Source: Dipteris shenzhenensis (Eukaryota). From it: a stretch of 64,000 nucleotides of DNA. Positions 1-12,400 of this stretch are shown here, one piece after another. The stretch is taken from the NCBI GenBank assembly GCA_047967505.1, contig CM106538.1; one strand, 5' to 3'. Below the pieces are notes generated by a model. It saw nothing but the letters and a program-made list of their open reading frames with translations. It was not told the origin of the DNA and did not search any database. Within the stretch, counting starts at the first letter, position 1; every line of letters begins with the position of its first letter. A program made the translations under genes and the position numbers.

Positions 1-504
1 CTAATCTAGATGGAGTGACACAGATAACAACTGTGTGCCAGCATTGAAGCCTGGCTTCCACAGCTTAAATGAATCGTTCTAACTTTCATTTAGTTGTGAT
101 GGTGCCAGGTGAGTTGGCATACCTCTCCATCCAGTTTGCATTAGAAAATCTAAGACATGAAGACACGATGTTGGCAACTTTGAGGAGCATTCTACAATGG
201 ATTTTCTCCAAGTACTGGAAAATAAGATTGAACTCTCTATTGGAGACTAGTCATTAGTATCATTGTACTTTCTGCAATGTACTAATATAAATGTGAGTAT
301 AATAATTGACTTCCACTTTGACACCTTGTTAAGAGGAATGATATGATATGGATTATTCTCACTTATGCGGTATTGAGAGGTTGGTTATTAATGGACTACT
401 CTCACTAGGTGTTTGAAAAGGGCAATAGTAGATGTTTGCAATTGGTTTACTTTGACATTGAAAATTGGTCCAGTTGTATAGTAGGATAGATGTTTGATAA
501 GACA

Positions 505-546
505 AACACACACATACACACACACACATACACACACACACACACA
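505..546. repeat. (CA)n microsatellite
   Basis: Imperfect acacac/acatac run read directly. Confidence 0.9.
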
Positions 547-1313
547 GTGGGCTAAAACTATAGTTCTAGAATCATAGTTGTGGGTTGATATTGCAGTTTT
601 GGAATTACAATTGAGTTGAAATTATAGTTTTAGAATTAAAATTCTAAATGTAAATTCTTACAGACTCTAGATTTCTTTGATGGCCCTTTAAACCTTGAGA
701 CAAATATATATAGTATTTTGGGACAATATTTGACAACAACATAAGATGGCTTCCTGCTATTAAAGTTATGAAATTGACTAGAATTTCTAGAGTATCTTGG
801 AATGTCAATGGGTTTTTAATAGGCAATTTGTTCCAAAATTCTAAAATGACCAAAGTGCATATATTTGATCTATACTAATGTATGGATATCTATTGGGAAG
901 TAATAGGTGGCTTTGATAACATTTTTGTAGCATTAATTACATGATGATTTGGAACGATGGTATTATATGGATTTATATGGCATAAGTTTATGATTTTGAG
1001 CTACAATTTTTTGATAAGGGTTTTCCTATGATGCTCACTAGGTTGGATGCAGTTTCCTTATGCAATTATTATGCATCCTTGCAGCTCTGTCCTATACATG
1101 ATGGTGACTAGGGCAGAGTGAACCTATTACCATATGGTTATTATCATATATACAATAGTGAGATATGATTCCATCCCATTAAATCCTCATCATCTGATAC
1201 CTCAATAATTATGCTAAGTTTTATATTTTTTAGGAGTATAGGTGCATAATTATGATTTGAATAGACATGTCTAGCTATGCTATTAGTCTAGTTACCAATA
1301 CTGGCAAAGTTAA

Positions 1314-2692
1314 TGTCAATAAGTCTCATTTATGGTTTTTTATGTTTTGATGATACGGATGAAAATTGCAAGTGCATGGCTTTCACAACTATGTTGGAAA
1401 AGACTCGAAAGATTGCAAATTGGGAAAAGGAATAGAGAGTATTCTGCTAGTGCTTGGTGTCCTTGAAATCGATATTACCAAGAAATGGAGGGTCTTGTTT
1501 TACTTATTTTTAAGGTTGGTGAGCCTAGAAATGTGGTTACAGTCCATGCCCATCCAAATGATGCCCGTTGGGATGATACTTTGCACAAGCCTCATGATCA
1601 TATATTTTGAGGCATGTGCAAAGTACCATGCCCATCGGGGATGATTTGGATGGATACAACCATTCTAACCCATGTTTTAGTATGCACATGCGGGAAATGC
1701 ATGGACCATGTGTGTGCAATGAGTGGCCGAATAGAAAGAACTTTTAAGGCTTTAAAAGAAAGAAAAGGGAAGAGAGACTCAAGAGAGGGAATACGAAGTG
1801 ATCTTAATTGTCAATAGAGTGAGGCTCCACTCCAATGCAACTCAAAATACTACAAACACAAGCGAGAAAAAGAGGTTTCATACCTACAAGAGGGAGCGAA
1901 AGCTCCAAGACTACTCATAGAGAGAGAATGAACTAGAGAGAGATGGACTCAAGAGTCTACATAAGAGAATATCTATAAGAGGGAGAGAAGGCTCATGGAA
2001 GAGGCTTGAGGAGACTAGAGCTATAGCAACATGAAGCCTAATGGTGGAGAGATGATGAACAAGGGAGAGGAGGGCTTCTTTTATAGAGGTTTTGTCACCC
2101 TCCTTCACCCATTTATAATTGCTACCTGTAGATTCCTTTCCCCATCAATAACATAAGCCCATATGTCACCATCCATGTCCTTTTTGGCTACTCTTGCCAT
2201 GTGTCCCATCACAAGATGCTCAAAACTTTTAAAATATTGAGAAAGTCAAGAGTCTCCCTACATGGAGCCCATAGGGACCCTCTCTTTTCCATATGTCCAC
2301 ATCCTCCTTATTCCACATAGGAATTTTAGAAGGATTCATCTTGACTCCACACTCCTCCACATGCCTTCCACATGCTTGGCATGTGGCCTCTCTTATATTA
2401 TTAGAACACATGGACATGAGCCCACCTCTTTATATGACTCACTCTTCCTATTTTCTAAAAATCCCATAATATCTCATACACAAATAACTCTCACCCCATA
2501 CCAAGGTATTTATCATTCATACACATGGTATTTACAATGATCCATTCCACTCATCCTCTCAATCCCATACAATATCTTAGAAAATAGAAATAAGTGAGAG
2601 CTGCTAGGCTATCACTTGATACTCAAACTCTTATCAAACATAGGGAAAAACAATACCAATCCCAAATAAAAGGTATCAATCTTTGGTGTCAC
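1314..2692. mobile_element. Possible solo LTR or LTR fragment
   Basis: Begins tgtcaat and ends ggtgtcaca (TG..CA), non-coding with GA-rich blocks. No TSD found, so boundaries are uncertain. Confidence 0.25.
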
Positions 2693-2899
2693 AGTACTGC
2701 ACGCAATGCCAGACTAGAGAAGCAAAACCTTTCCACCTTTAGCCCACATGTTGGTCAATCAAACTTGACCACTTGCAAGTAGCCATTGAAGCACTCAAGG
2801 GAGGTATTGACATGTAAAAATTGCACTTGACCACCTTAAGTAGCAAGGTATGCACTCACATCTGACCACCTTACAATGGATCATGGTACCAAGGGGAGA

Positions 2900-3293
2900 T
2901 GTTGAGGAATATGGTGCCATGAGCACATAATTAGAGGCTAAGGTATGGTGTAGGAATGTATTAAAGTAGCCACCCTAGGATGTGGACTACATGATGTGAA
3001 GATATAGATCAAGGTCATCCACAAGGAGGTATGTGGATCAGAGGACCCCACAAGTGTTAACTATTCAAAAGGCTCGTATCTTTGGACTTGCATATCCAAA
3101 TGGGGTCATGTCATAAATCAAATCAAACGGCAAGATCCACTTTATATAAGAAGCCTATCTCTTGTATTGTAAAAAGCACATTGGAATAGATTGAATGTCT
3201 CTCTCCTCATGGTTTTTTGTATGTGCTTTGATCCTCCATGATCTTTATGCTCATTGAGTAGTAGATTAGGCTACTACAATCCGCACTTTAACA
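2900..3293 (+). mobile_element. Ty1/copia 3' LTR
   Basis: TGTTGAG...TTTAACA preceded by polypurine tract aaggggaga (2891-2899). It is the reverse-complement homolog of 4440-4766. Confidence 0.85.
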
Positions 3294-4090
3294 AAGTCTA
3301 TCAATTGAGTTTCTTTGGCAGTCAAGTTTGCTTGTCCTCCTCCAATTGGAATGAATTCTATCTTATAATATCCATCTGAAATCACTCAGTATCTCCATGT
3401 ATCATTTCTCCAACAATATGAATGTGCTACCCTATTCCGATCACATTTTAATGTAGAGAAAGTAATGAACTAGACCAAGATTGGTCCTATTAAACTCTAC
3501 CTTCAACAAAGTCTTCTTGTCTTCAGTATTCATGTTCACCCATTATGATTGGATTACAAAATCAACATCAATTTTCTATCCTCGTTTGAATGGAGATATA
3601 GTTTTGCATATGATAAGTTTTGATTCTTCCAAAGTAGTTATCAGTATTGCAGTACCATGGTTGTGGGGTCTATATTAGCCCATACAAAGCCTAATGAAGT
3701 TTACACACTTCGTCATTCTGGATACAAAAATTGGGTGGCTACTCCAAGTAGACTTCCTCTTTGAGATCCCATTTACAAATGCTAAATCTATGCTAATTTG
3801 GAAGATGGACCACTAGAATTAGCTACCAATGCAATCACCATTTAGATTGTCTACATTTATGCTATTGGAGAAAATTTCTCTTCAATGTTCAGTCATCTAG
3901 CCACTAGCCATATCTTACACTTGTTAAGTGTCTTGTTAGACTTGTACTTAACCTTGTACATCCACTTGGTCCCTGTTACCTTTTGCTTGGTTGGTCTCAA
4001 AATTAGATTCCCTCTTGATGGATTCCATCATAGTTTCCATTGCAAATGTCAAATCATGTTTCACCTTTGCCTCTTCAAAGGATCTTCACT
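3294..4090 (-). pseudogene. Degenerate Ty1/copia reverse transcriptase, N-terminal half
   Basis: Minus-strand translation with stops and frameshifts gives KVTGTKWMYKVKYKSNKTLNKCKIWLVAR, AFVNG-DLKEEVYLE and VCKLH*ALYGL..PQPWY, matching copia RT (RVT_2) motifs. Confidence 0.85.
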
Positions 4091-4439
4091 TTTTTATTAA
4101 CTTGACCTAAGCAATTAGACCATAGTTCATGATTCGTAGATGTTGAAGTTTTGTTGGCCTCAATGAGATACCACCATAGAAGTTGTTGCACTCTACAGCT
4201 CTTTCTTAGAGCTGCTCTTGCACAAATCTTCCTTCACATTTTTTGTAGTCATATTGCCTTGGAGCTTTTGAACTTTGCTATGCAGCTACTTCAAGATGAC
4301 TATCTCAAAATGAAGAGCCTCTACATGAAAGAACCTCACTTAGCAATGCATAATGAGATTAAAAACTCCACTGAGCAAAATACTCTTGAAGAAGCTCACA
4401 CCTTTCAAAGGAAATGAACTATCCATGGCTTTGATACCA

Positions 4440-4766
4440 TGTCAAAGTGTGGATCATACTAGCCTAATCTACTACTCAATGAGCATGATCAAGTACAAAA
4501 AACCATGAGGAGAGAGATAGAAAGTATGAAACACTCAATCTATTCCAATGTGCTTTTTACAATACAAGAGATAGGCTTCTTATATAGAGAGAGCCATTTG
4601 AATAGTCAACACTTGTGGGATCCTTTGATCCACATCTCTCCTTGTGGATGTCCTTAATCCATAGCTTCGCATCATGTAGTCCACATCCTAGAGTGGCTAC
4701 TTTAATACTTTCCTACACCATACCTTAGCCTCTAATTATGTGCTCATGGCACCATATTTCTCAACA
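4440..4766 (-). mobile_element. Ty1/copia 5' LTR with tRNA-iMet PBS
   Basis: Minus strand reads TGTTGAGA...CTTTGACA, immediately followed by TGGTATCAAAGCC (4439-4427). Confidence 0.88.
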
Positions 4767-5290
4767 AACTTAGCCCATTATCAACAACTAGTTGGCAGTC
4801 TGGTGTATCTAGAAAAATTTGAAGGGTACCACCAAACCAAATATGGAATGAGCATTAACTTCATGAATATTGTGATTCAGATTGGGCCAAATATGTGGCC
4901 CTTACTTCCAAAAAGCAACCTAGTGTGGCTTTGTCTTTGAAAAAAGCAGAGTCTAATCAACATCATAGCATCATGTGTCTTGTTGGCTCAACTAGATCTT
5001 GGAAGAAAGTCATGTAGGTCTTCCAAAGTAATGAAGCTATGGAGATCATTAGAGTTCCATAGTGATTGCAAAGAACCTAGTGCTCCATAGTAAGACGAAA
5101 CACTCAACGTTCATTAGATTTTATAAAGGGGCCAATTGAGGAGGGCTAGTAGATGGGGGATCTAATACGTAACAAAGGATAATTCCACTAACATCTTTCT
5201 TTGCCAAGGATTTGTCTAGAAAACAAATGGAGCAACTTATGTGACCCTTTAAAATGGGGCCACATTGATTTATTGAGAGGGGTGTTAGAG
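4767..5290 (+). pseudogene. Degenerate Ty1/copia RT C-terminal half and RNase H
   Basis: LAHYQQLVGSLVYL at 4770-4811, a KTKH-like RNase H motif near 5092, and ttgagaggggtgtt typical of the copia pol end/PPT near 5272-5285. Confidence 0.75.
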
Positions 5291-6449
5291 ATCACTACCT
5301 CGGAGGGGATCCCCATATGAGAAGGACAATGAAGCAAATGATAGATCCCATTTAGTTTTCTTAAAGTCAAAAGATGAAGAGAGAGTATGAATATTATATT
5401 TAGTCTTCTCACCAAAGTCAAAGAATAAATAGATATTAGGTCTTATGAGTGAAGATAAATGATGGACATATTTAGCCTTCTTACTAAAGGCAAAGTATGC
5501 ACACTACTTGAAGACCAAGCATCTCTTATTGGATTTGAATGATAGCTAAACCTATGAACTATCTACATTGAATCTAAATGACAAATAAACCTATACGCTA
5601 CCCACATTGCAAATGAATGATAGGTAAAGCTACATAATACACACATTGAATTTGAATGACACGTAAAAATATAGACTTTTCAAATTGGGTTTTGAAAGAG
5701 AAAGATTCATGGGTTGATTCGGGATAGTAGGTGACCTAGAAGAGTAAGAGTAAGGTCTTAGGTTGAGGTTAAATGGTAGTAAGCTTGCAACAAATAGCTC
5801 GCAAATAGCATTGATTCAAGGGCTACATCACTAGCTAGAAATCAAGGGTAATCCCTTTGTGATTATCATGAGAGATTTGAGGAACATTAGTCACATGGAC
5901 GAACACCAACACTTTTGTAGGATGGCAATCATGAAGGAATCTTGACTCAATAAAGGAAGCACAATTGGATGATAGTAGTAGCTATTAGGGCATAACTATC
6001 CAATAAGCTTTTTTGGAATGATTGTTAGTGATGCTCAAAGATTAGTGGGATCTAAGAAATCCCAAGTCTATTTTTTGACAAATAATGAAGCTTAACAACA
6101 TCATATAGTTGCAAGCCTAGGCCCAAAGCCAAGACAAATCTTAGCAACACAACATAGTCATTAATTGAAGGTCCACAGGCAAGGTACTAAGCCAAGCTTA
6201 GGACATGGAGTTGAAGCATCTCAATGAGTTATAGAGTTGAGAAAGTACAAAATATCCCATTGAATCCTTTCAAGGAGGCATGTAGGATACACCAACCCTT
6301 CATGGCTATAGTCAAAGTATTGTTTGTGCACTTCAATAGATGAAAAGGTTAAAGATCCTTGATATGTGTGTGTAATCAAGGAACAAATTATTGTGAATTT
6401 TAGTTAAATATTTTGTTATTATTCCTTAGGTGGACCAAAGAGAGGATTT

Positions 6450-7350
6450 TGAGATCAAACTCTTGAGTAAAGGGTTTTTTGCTATGCAATCAAAGAACGT
6501 ATTTAACAAACTTGCTAACATGATATCCAAGCATGCCATGGTATCAAACATCAAGACGACATCCTTTTGGAGAGATCTTGGAGAATATTGATTGTGTTAA
6601 GAGTTATTTGGTTGGATGATTTTAACATGGTAGAGTTTACTAGGATAAGGTTGGAGGGAATACTAAGGTACTTCATAGTTAGTATTTACTAGAGCGGACA
6701 AATATTATGAACGAACCTTATAGAGTGTAGAGACCTTGAGAGCTACATGAAATTATCGAATAAACAAAAGGCTGCATAGAATGGTGGCTCAATCAGACTA
6801 TTACATTATGTCTTGGAAAGGTAATATCCACATAGTAAGCACCATTAATATTCACATGGAAACCATACTAAAGACTTGCCTTTGTGACCACTCTCCCCAA
6901 TATGATTCCCTTAAAAGAATCACAATAGGATAGTTTCCTTGGAAGTAAAAATGCCTACTTTAATAATAGTGCCCCTTTGTTGCTCTGCTGAAAGATGGTA
7001 AAGGTACATGAACAATCAAAGTAGCACTTTCAAGTCAAATTGTTAGTTAAAAAAAGGATCTCTATTTAGTGAATAGGATCATTGGGAAAGTGAGGAGACC
7101 ACAACTAAGAGATGAAGGCCTCAAAAGAGCCAAGGAGAGAAAGGCCCATGAAAGGGACATCCACCTTAATTGAGAAAGAGCAAGGTGGTGGAACTCATTT
7201 CTAAGCCTTTTGACATTGATATTCATAAGATAAAAGAAGATTAAAGGGGGAAATTTTAGATCGGCATTATAGTGGATTAAATAATGAGACAATTGATCCA
7301 ACTTTACATACTTGAGCTTTAAGGAAAAGCATGTATTACTTTTTAACCAA
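6450..7350 (+). mobile_element. Highly degenerate LINE (L1-like) ORF2 APE-endonuclease remnant
   Basis: DFNMVE motif (about 6618-6635) and (S/C)DHSP motif (about 6883-6897) at the expected spacing, with many stops. Confidence 0.5.
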
Positions 7351-8049
7351 ATCAAAAGCAGGTACAAAATAGTGATGGAAGATTATAAAGAGACTGCAAA
7401 GGTTCTTCTATCAATACTTCTATAATTTTGAAGGGAGAAACCCCAAAAGGAGAGAAATGATGTAAGTTTATATAAATATCAGCCAATGTAGCATTCAGAT
7501 ACATGAAAATGCTACTCTCTCTAGATCTATAACCATGAAGAGCTAAAGGATAGGATGAATATTGTGTGCATGCACTCGCATGTGCACATGTGTGTGTGTG
7601 TGTATGTGTGGACTTAACAAAACCCCATTTCATAGTTAAATGAAAACAATTTTGGTAATAGAAACAAAAGAGAAAATTGCTAAGAGAGATTACAAAAAAC
7701 TGAGAGGAGCACAATTTGCAAAAGACTTATAGAAAGCATGACTGTACATGCAAGTTCTACTTTGATAGGTCATCACAAGCATCACTTTAATTGAAGAGGG
7801 GAGTCTGCATACCTACCATCATCCAACAAGAAAAATGATAAGAACCATAATTTAACTTAGTTGGGAAGAGAGGTGTCATAAACACCCCTCCCTTGTTATC
7901 AGGATCACAATAAAAATAGTTGCTCATGTTATAGACTTATAAAGCTAATTTTTTATATTATGATTTAAGTGTAAAAATAATTGGGGTGAGTTTAAGGAAA
8001 AGATAATAAATGGTTATGTAAGGCACAAAAACTGTGTACTTGGGTGTGT

Positions 8050-8665
8050 GAACATAGAGGAGGAGGAGGGAAGAAATTAAGGATTAGAGCAATAAATGTA
8101 ATTTAAAGGTTTAGAGCATAAGGGTGAGGAGAATTTATAAGAAAGAGCAGCTTAAAGGAATTTCAAAGGTATTTAAAGAAAGAATTTTAAGAATTAAAAA
8201 GAAAGAGAATTAAAGAAGGAATTTCAAAGAAGGAAATTTTATAAAAATTGGGAAGAATTAGGGAAAATAGAAAGGATTTGAAGCAATTAGGAAAAATACA
8301 AAGCAATATGGAGAAATAGAGAACAATTATGGGGAAATAAGAAATTAGGATAATAATTAAAGAAAAAAGGGGGGAAATTGGGAAAATAGCAAAAAAAAAG
8401 AAAAAATATAGAAAAATTAAAGAAAAAAAGAAAGAAATAGGGAGCAATTAGGGAAAAATAGAAATTTAGGATAATATAAAAGAAATTAGTATAAAGGAGG
8501 GGAAAAGAGGAAAAGCAAAACTTAGGAAAAAATAGAGAGAGAGAGAGAGGAAAAATAGGGAGTGAAGAAGTTTGAGAGAGTTGACCTTAGGGAATTTAGG
8601 AACAAGTGAGAGGAGTGATTAGTGATAGGAGAAAATAGGGAAATTGGAAGAACTAAGGGGAAGTT

Positions 8666-8703
<38 letters not shown>

Positions 8704-8945
8704 GAAACATAGAGAAATGTTAAAAAAAGGAAATTAGACAAAATAGGAAGAAAAAATAATAAGGGAAATTTAGGAGATTTTAGAAAAATAGGAAAAACTT
8801 AGGAAGATTTTAGAAAAAAGTAGAAAAATAAGAAAATATTAGGAGAAAAAATATTTTTATTTAAAAATGGGTTTTAGATTAGGAAAAAAAGGGGGGGGGG
8901 AGGAAGTTGAGAAAGTGTGAGGGAAATTAGAAGAAAGAGAGGTTT
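8050..8945. repeat. Purine-rich (A/G) low-complexity tract with (GA)n
   Basis: Strong A+G strand bias seen directly; (GA)n run at about 8670-8698. Confidence 0.85.
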
Positions 8946-9025
8946 TCTCTTTATACACAAGAGTGAAAAGTGCAAGCAACTTTCCAGGGCATAAAATTTC
9001 AAATGTAACTTTTAGTCATACATTA

Positions 9026-9389
9026 TTACTTTGGCCAGCACTAGGATGTTTTTTCAAATTCTGAAATCCTGTGCTTCCACATGGCACAATATACACCCTT
9101 AGATTTTTCCAAATTCTGAAATCCTGTGCTTCCACATGGCACAATATACACCCTTAGATTTTTTAAATTCTGAAAGCCCAAAAGCTTTTCTAAAAGCCCA
9201 AAAGCTTTGAAAGCTTTTGAAAAGCTGCCTAAAAAGCCAACTGCGTAAAAAGCCAAGGCAAAACCTTTAAATACCCTTTGCCTGCTTCCTGAAGTCGTAA
9301 TCCCCAATGTGGATGTAGAAGTATCCCTGAATGTTTGTGTAAGCCCCCTGCAACGCTCTTGATCGCTTCCGTTCAAACTTGTTACTTCA
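9026..9389 (+). repeat. Direct repeat copy 1 (includes an extra ~58-bp tandem unit)
   Basis: Near-identical to 10611-10918. The unit aaattctgaaatcctgtgcttccacatggcacaatatacacccttagattttt occurs twice here and once in copy 2. Confidence 0.9.
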
Positions 9390-10610
9390 CTTGGTTATGA
9401 AGAATTCTCCTTCTTTTTTGCTGAATCTGACGATGTCTTCTCACTGCTAGTTTTTACTTTATCTGTGGTTTTTTAACCGACTTGAGGGAAATTCATCAAG
9501 AGGACGAAAGCCTTGGTTAACTAAACATCATCCTCTTGACTATGGTGCTCTTCTTCCTCCTCGCTCTCGAGCCTTGGCTATGGCTTCTTCCCTCCCATTG
9601 ACAGCCCTTGCCTGCTTTTGCTCCAGCATTACCTGATCGCATTCGTCCTCCCCCGACGTACCTTGCTTCTCCAGCAGCCAATTCTCGCAGGCGCGATCGC
9701 CGAGGCGCTTCAGTGGTCCTTATCGGAAGGCTGAAAAAAGAAGCACAGCAGGCCGGTGCTTGGGAATTTCTTCTCCCTTCTTTCCTCGGGAGCAGGCAGG
9801 GGCAGAGCCAAGCTTTGGAACTGGGCCTCAGCAAACGGAACAGGGAGAGAGAGAGAGAAAAGCAGCAGTCCGGAAGCTGGGAGCGGTCTCTTTTTTGTGT
9901 TTTTTCTGTGCGGGAAACTCGCCTCGGGAGTGCTTTCATCTGGAGATTTTTCTGTTAGTGCTTTCATTTGGAGCTTTTTCTGTTGTGTGATCGTGGTTTC
10001 GGGCCGGTGCTTGCTTCTCAGTAGATCCCGGAGGAGGAGGAGGAGCATCAAATCGACGGCAACATACAGATACACATCAAAGTGCAAGAAAGTCGGCTTG
10101 AATCTCGTTCTTTTCTGCACAAGAACCGCGCCTGGCGAGCAAGTGACGAAAGCCAGCGAGCGAGTTTTTGGCGTTTCTTTTTCTCTTGCGTGATCGTCAT
10201 TTCAATCCACCTGCAACACTCCACAAAAACCACGGGAAGCGCTTGCCTTTTTTTGTCACCTGCGTGTGAGCTTTCCCTGCTGGATTCAGCTGCAACACTC
10301 AATCGATTCACCACGAGGAGCAACAAGCTTCCTGTCTGTGTGTGCGCGCTGTTGTTTTCTGCCTGCACAGGAGGTTTGGATGAAAGACTGTCCTTGTGAG
10401 ACGCATCTACACGCAATATTTAGTGCGGTTTGCACCTCCATCTGCGATCAAAACAGTGGTCATGTTGCTTGGTGAGCAATCGAGGATGGAATTCGTCAAC
10501 GATTGCGCAATGGTTTCTGTGTTGTTTACCACGACGCTTTAGCTGCCCTGTTGCAAAATTGTTAGGGAGCTCCCATCGTGTTCGTCACAGTCAGAAACTC
10601 TAGCTGCTTG

Positions 10611-10918
10611 TTACTTGGCCAGCACTAGGACGTTTTTTGAAATTCTGAAACCCTGTGCTTCCATATGGCACAATATACACCCTTAGATTTTTTAAATTCT
10701 GAAAGCCCAAAAGCTTTTCTGAAAGCCCAAAAGCTTTGAAAGCTTTTGAAAAGCTGCCTAAAAATCCAACTGCGTAAAAAGCCAAGGCAAAACCTTTAAA
10801 TACCCTTTGCCTGCTTCCTGAAGTTGAAATCCCCAACGTGGATGCAGAATTATCCCTGAATGTTTGTGTAAGCCCCCTGCAACGCTCTTGATTGCTTCCG
10901 TTCAAACTTGTTACTTCA
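10611..10918 (+). repeat. Direct repeat copy 2
   Basis: Aligns to 9026-9389. Bounded by cttgttactt at 10607-10616 and 10907-10916. Confidence 0.9.
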
Positions 10919-11871
10919 ATGATAACTATTGCCAACTCATAAGATCATGGACATAGTGAATAATTTTAGATATAATAAGATGTTATTTATACGCACTTTT
11001 ATATTTCCATAGTCGTAATTTTTTGGAATCTTGCAAAGGCAAAAATTGTAACTACAACTGCTCCAAGATGTGTGAAGATGATTACCTTGATGGTTTGAAC
11101 ATCTTTGATCGTTGGATTGTGTACAGCTTTTCTGCTTGAATTTTTCATCTTTAGGAAATTGCACATATGCTAACCAACATATCTAAACATGCAGAACATG
11201 AGGAATGCATATTGACTAATCATGATTGTTTTTCAGATTCCAACATTCCAGCAAAGAAATAGGCGGCTTCTCGTCGAGCTGTGGATGTCACAAAGGATAC
11301 TCCACGTAAGTAGAATGTACGGTCATTTCAATTCTGAAATGTTTCTGCATCGTCTGTTGCTCTGGTCTGCATTAATGCGCTACACTTCCAACACTGGAGG
11401 TGACTATTCGAAACGGGGGGATGGCACGTTCCCCTATGATATATAATTTTTGGAGAGACATGTGCCGGCTCTCCACTATACATTATGTATGGTTTTTTTT
11501 TTTTTACACCTCATCTTGAGCACGCACACTTCTTCGCACATTCTGTTCCCGCAAGGGAACATTACATTTGCTTGGTTCGACCAACATACTAATCATGTCT
11601 GCAACACTTGTGTTTTTGAGATGTTTGCAGCCTCCAAACGAGTGTCTTCTCCTAAAGGTACGCACAACAAAATGTATTTGATTGATTCAAGTTATTTTAT
11701 CAATTCTTTCACCTTCTAAAGATCGAGGTTCAGTCCATTTTGTTTTTCCTGTTGCGATTAGACAAGACCACGTGAGTGAAATTGTAGCAAAGTTTCGGAT
11801 GGTTTTTATTATTAATCCCTGTAGGTGTTTAAACCCGAACATAAGACATCGATTCATGTTACGATGTAGAA

Positions 11872-12300
11872 ATGACCACCGGAAAATCCTTCGAACATGA
11901 CCATTCATCAACGCTCAGAGCAGCCAGAGGTCGAGCTATTCAGCTTGATATAACATCAAGAAAGATGTCCTTGAGGCCAGCTACGTCATCGTGGTTGACC
12001 ATCGCAGATAGATACAAGCAATGGTTTAGTAATTGCGCGGCTATTTTCTCTAGCCTTCAAATCTGCAGTGTCTGTGGCATAACCACGCTACTGTCTGCAA
12101 ACCAAAGGATCGTTTCTTCGCAAGGCATAGGCATCTCGAGCCACAGCGCTGCACTCAGAAACATGATACTTTTGGATGCCTGCGAGAATATGGGCATGCA
12201 AGTGACTTACTGGAAATGCCAAAGCTGTACACGAGATGCCCAGCGGAGCAGATACATTGTGCGGTTGATGCCACAGTACTCTCGGCAGTTGCTTAAATGA
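11872..12300 (+). pseudogene. Helitron RepHel N-terminal Cys-rich region, truncated by internal deletion
   Basis: RPATSSWLTIADRYKQW...LQICSVCG...WKCQSC aligns by eye with QPSFSSWLFIDKFLKEW...MQYCVFYG at 54521-54802 in element 2. Confidence 0.7.
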
Positions 12301-12400
12301 CCGTCAGCGAATTGCAAATGAGATTGCGGCTTACGTCCCCAGGGACGAGGCCCTGGATCCGCGAAACACAAGGCTGTGAGAACTAGTTCTCAGGAAGCAG

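Noticed and set aside
8187-8710. Hydrophobic membrane-like ORFs
   Set aside because: Translations of the pyrimidine-rich strand of a low-complexity tract.
9517-10475. Overlapping 100-145 aa ORFs on both strands
   Set aside because: GC-rich, low-complexity translations with no recognisable domain. Probably spurious, though captured exons cannot be excluded.
9026-10918. TRIM or LTR element formed by the two direct repeats
   Set aside because: No TG..CA termini, PBS, PPT or TSD seen.
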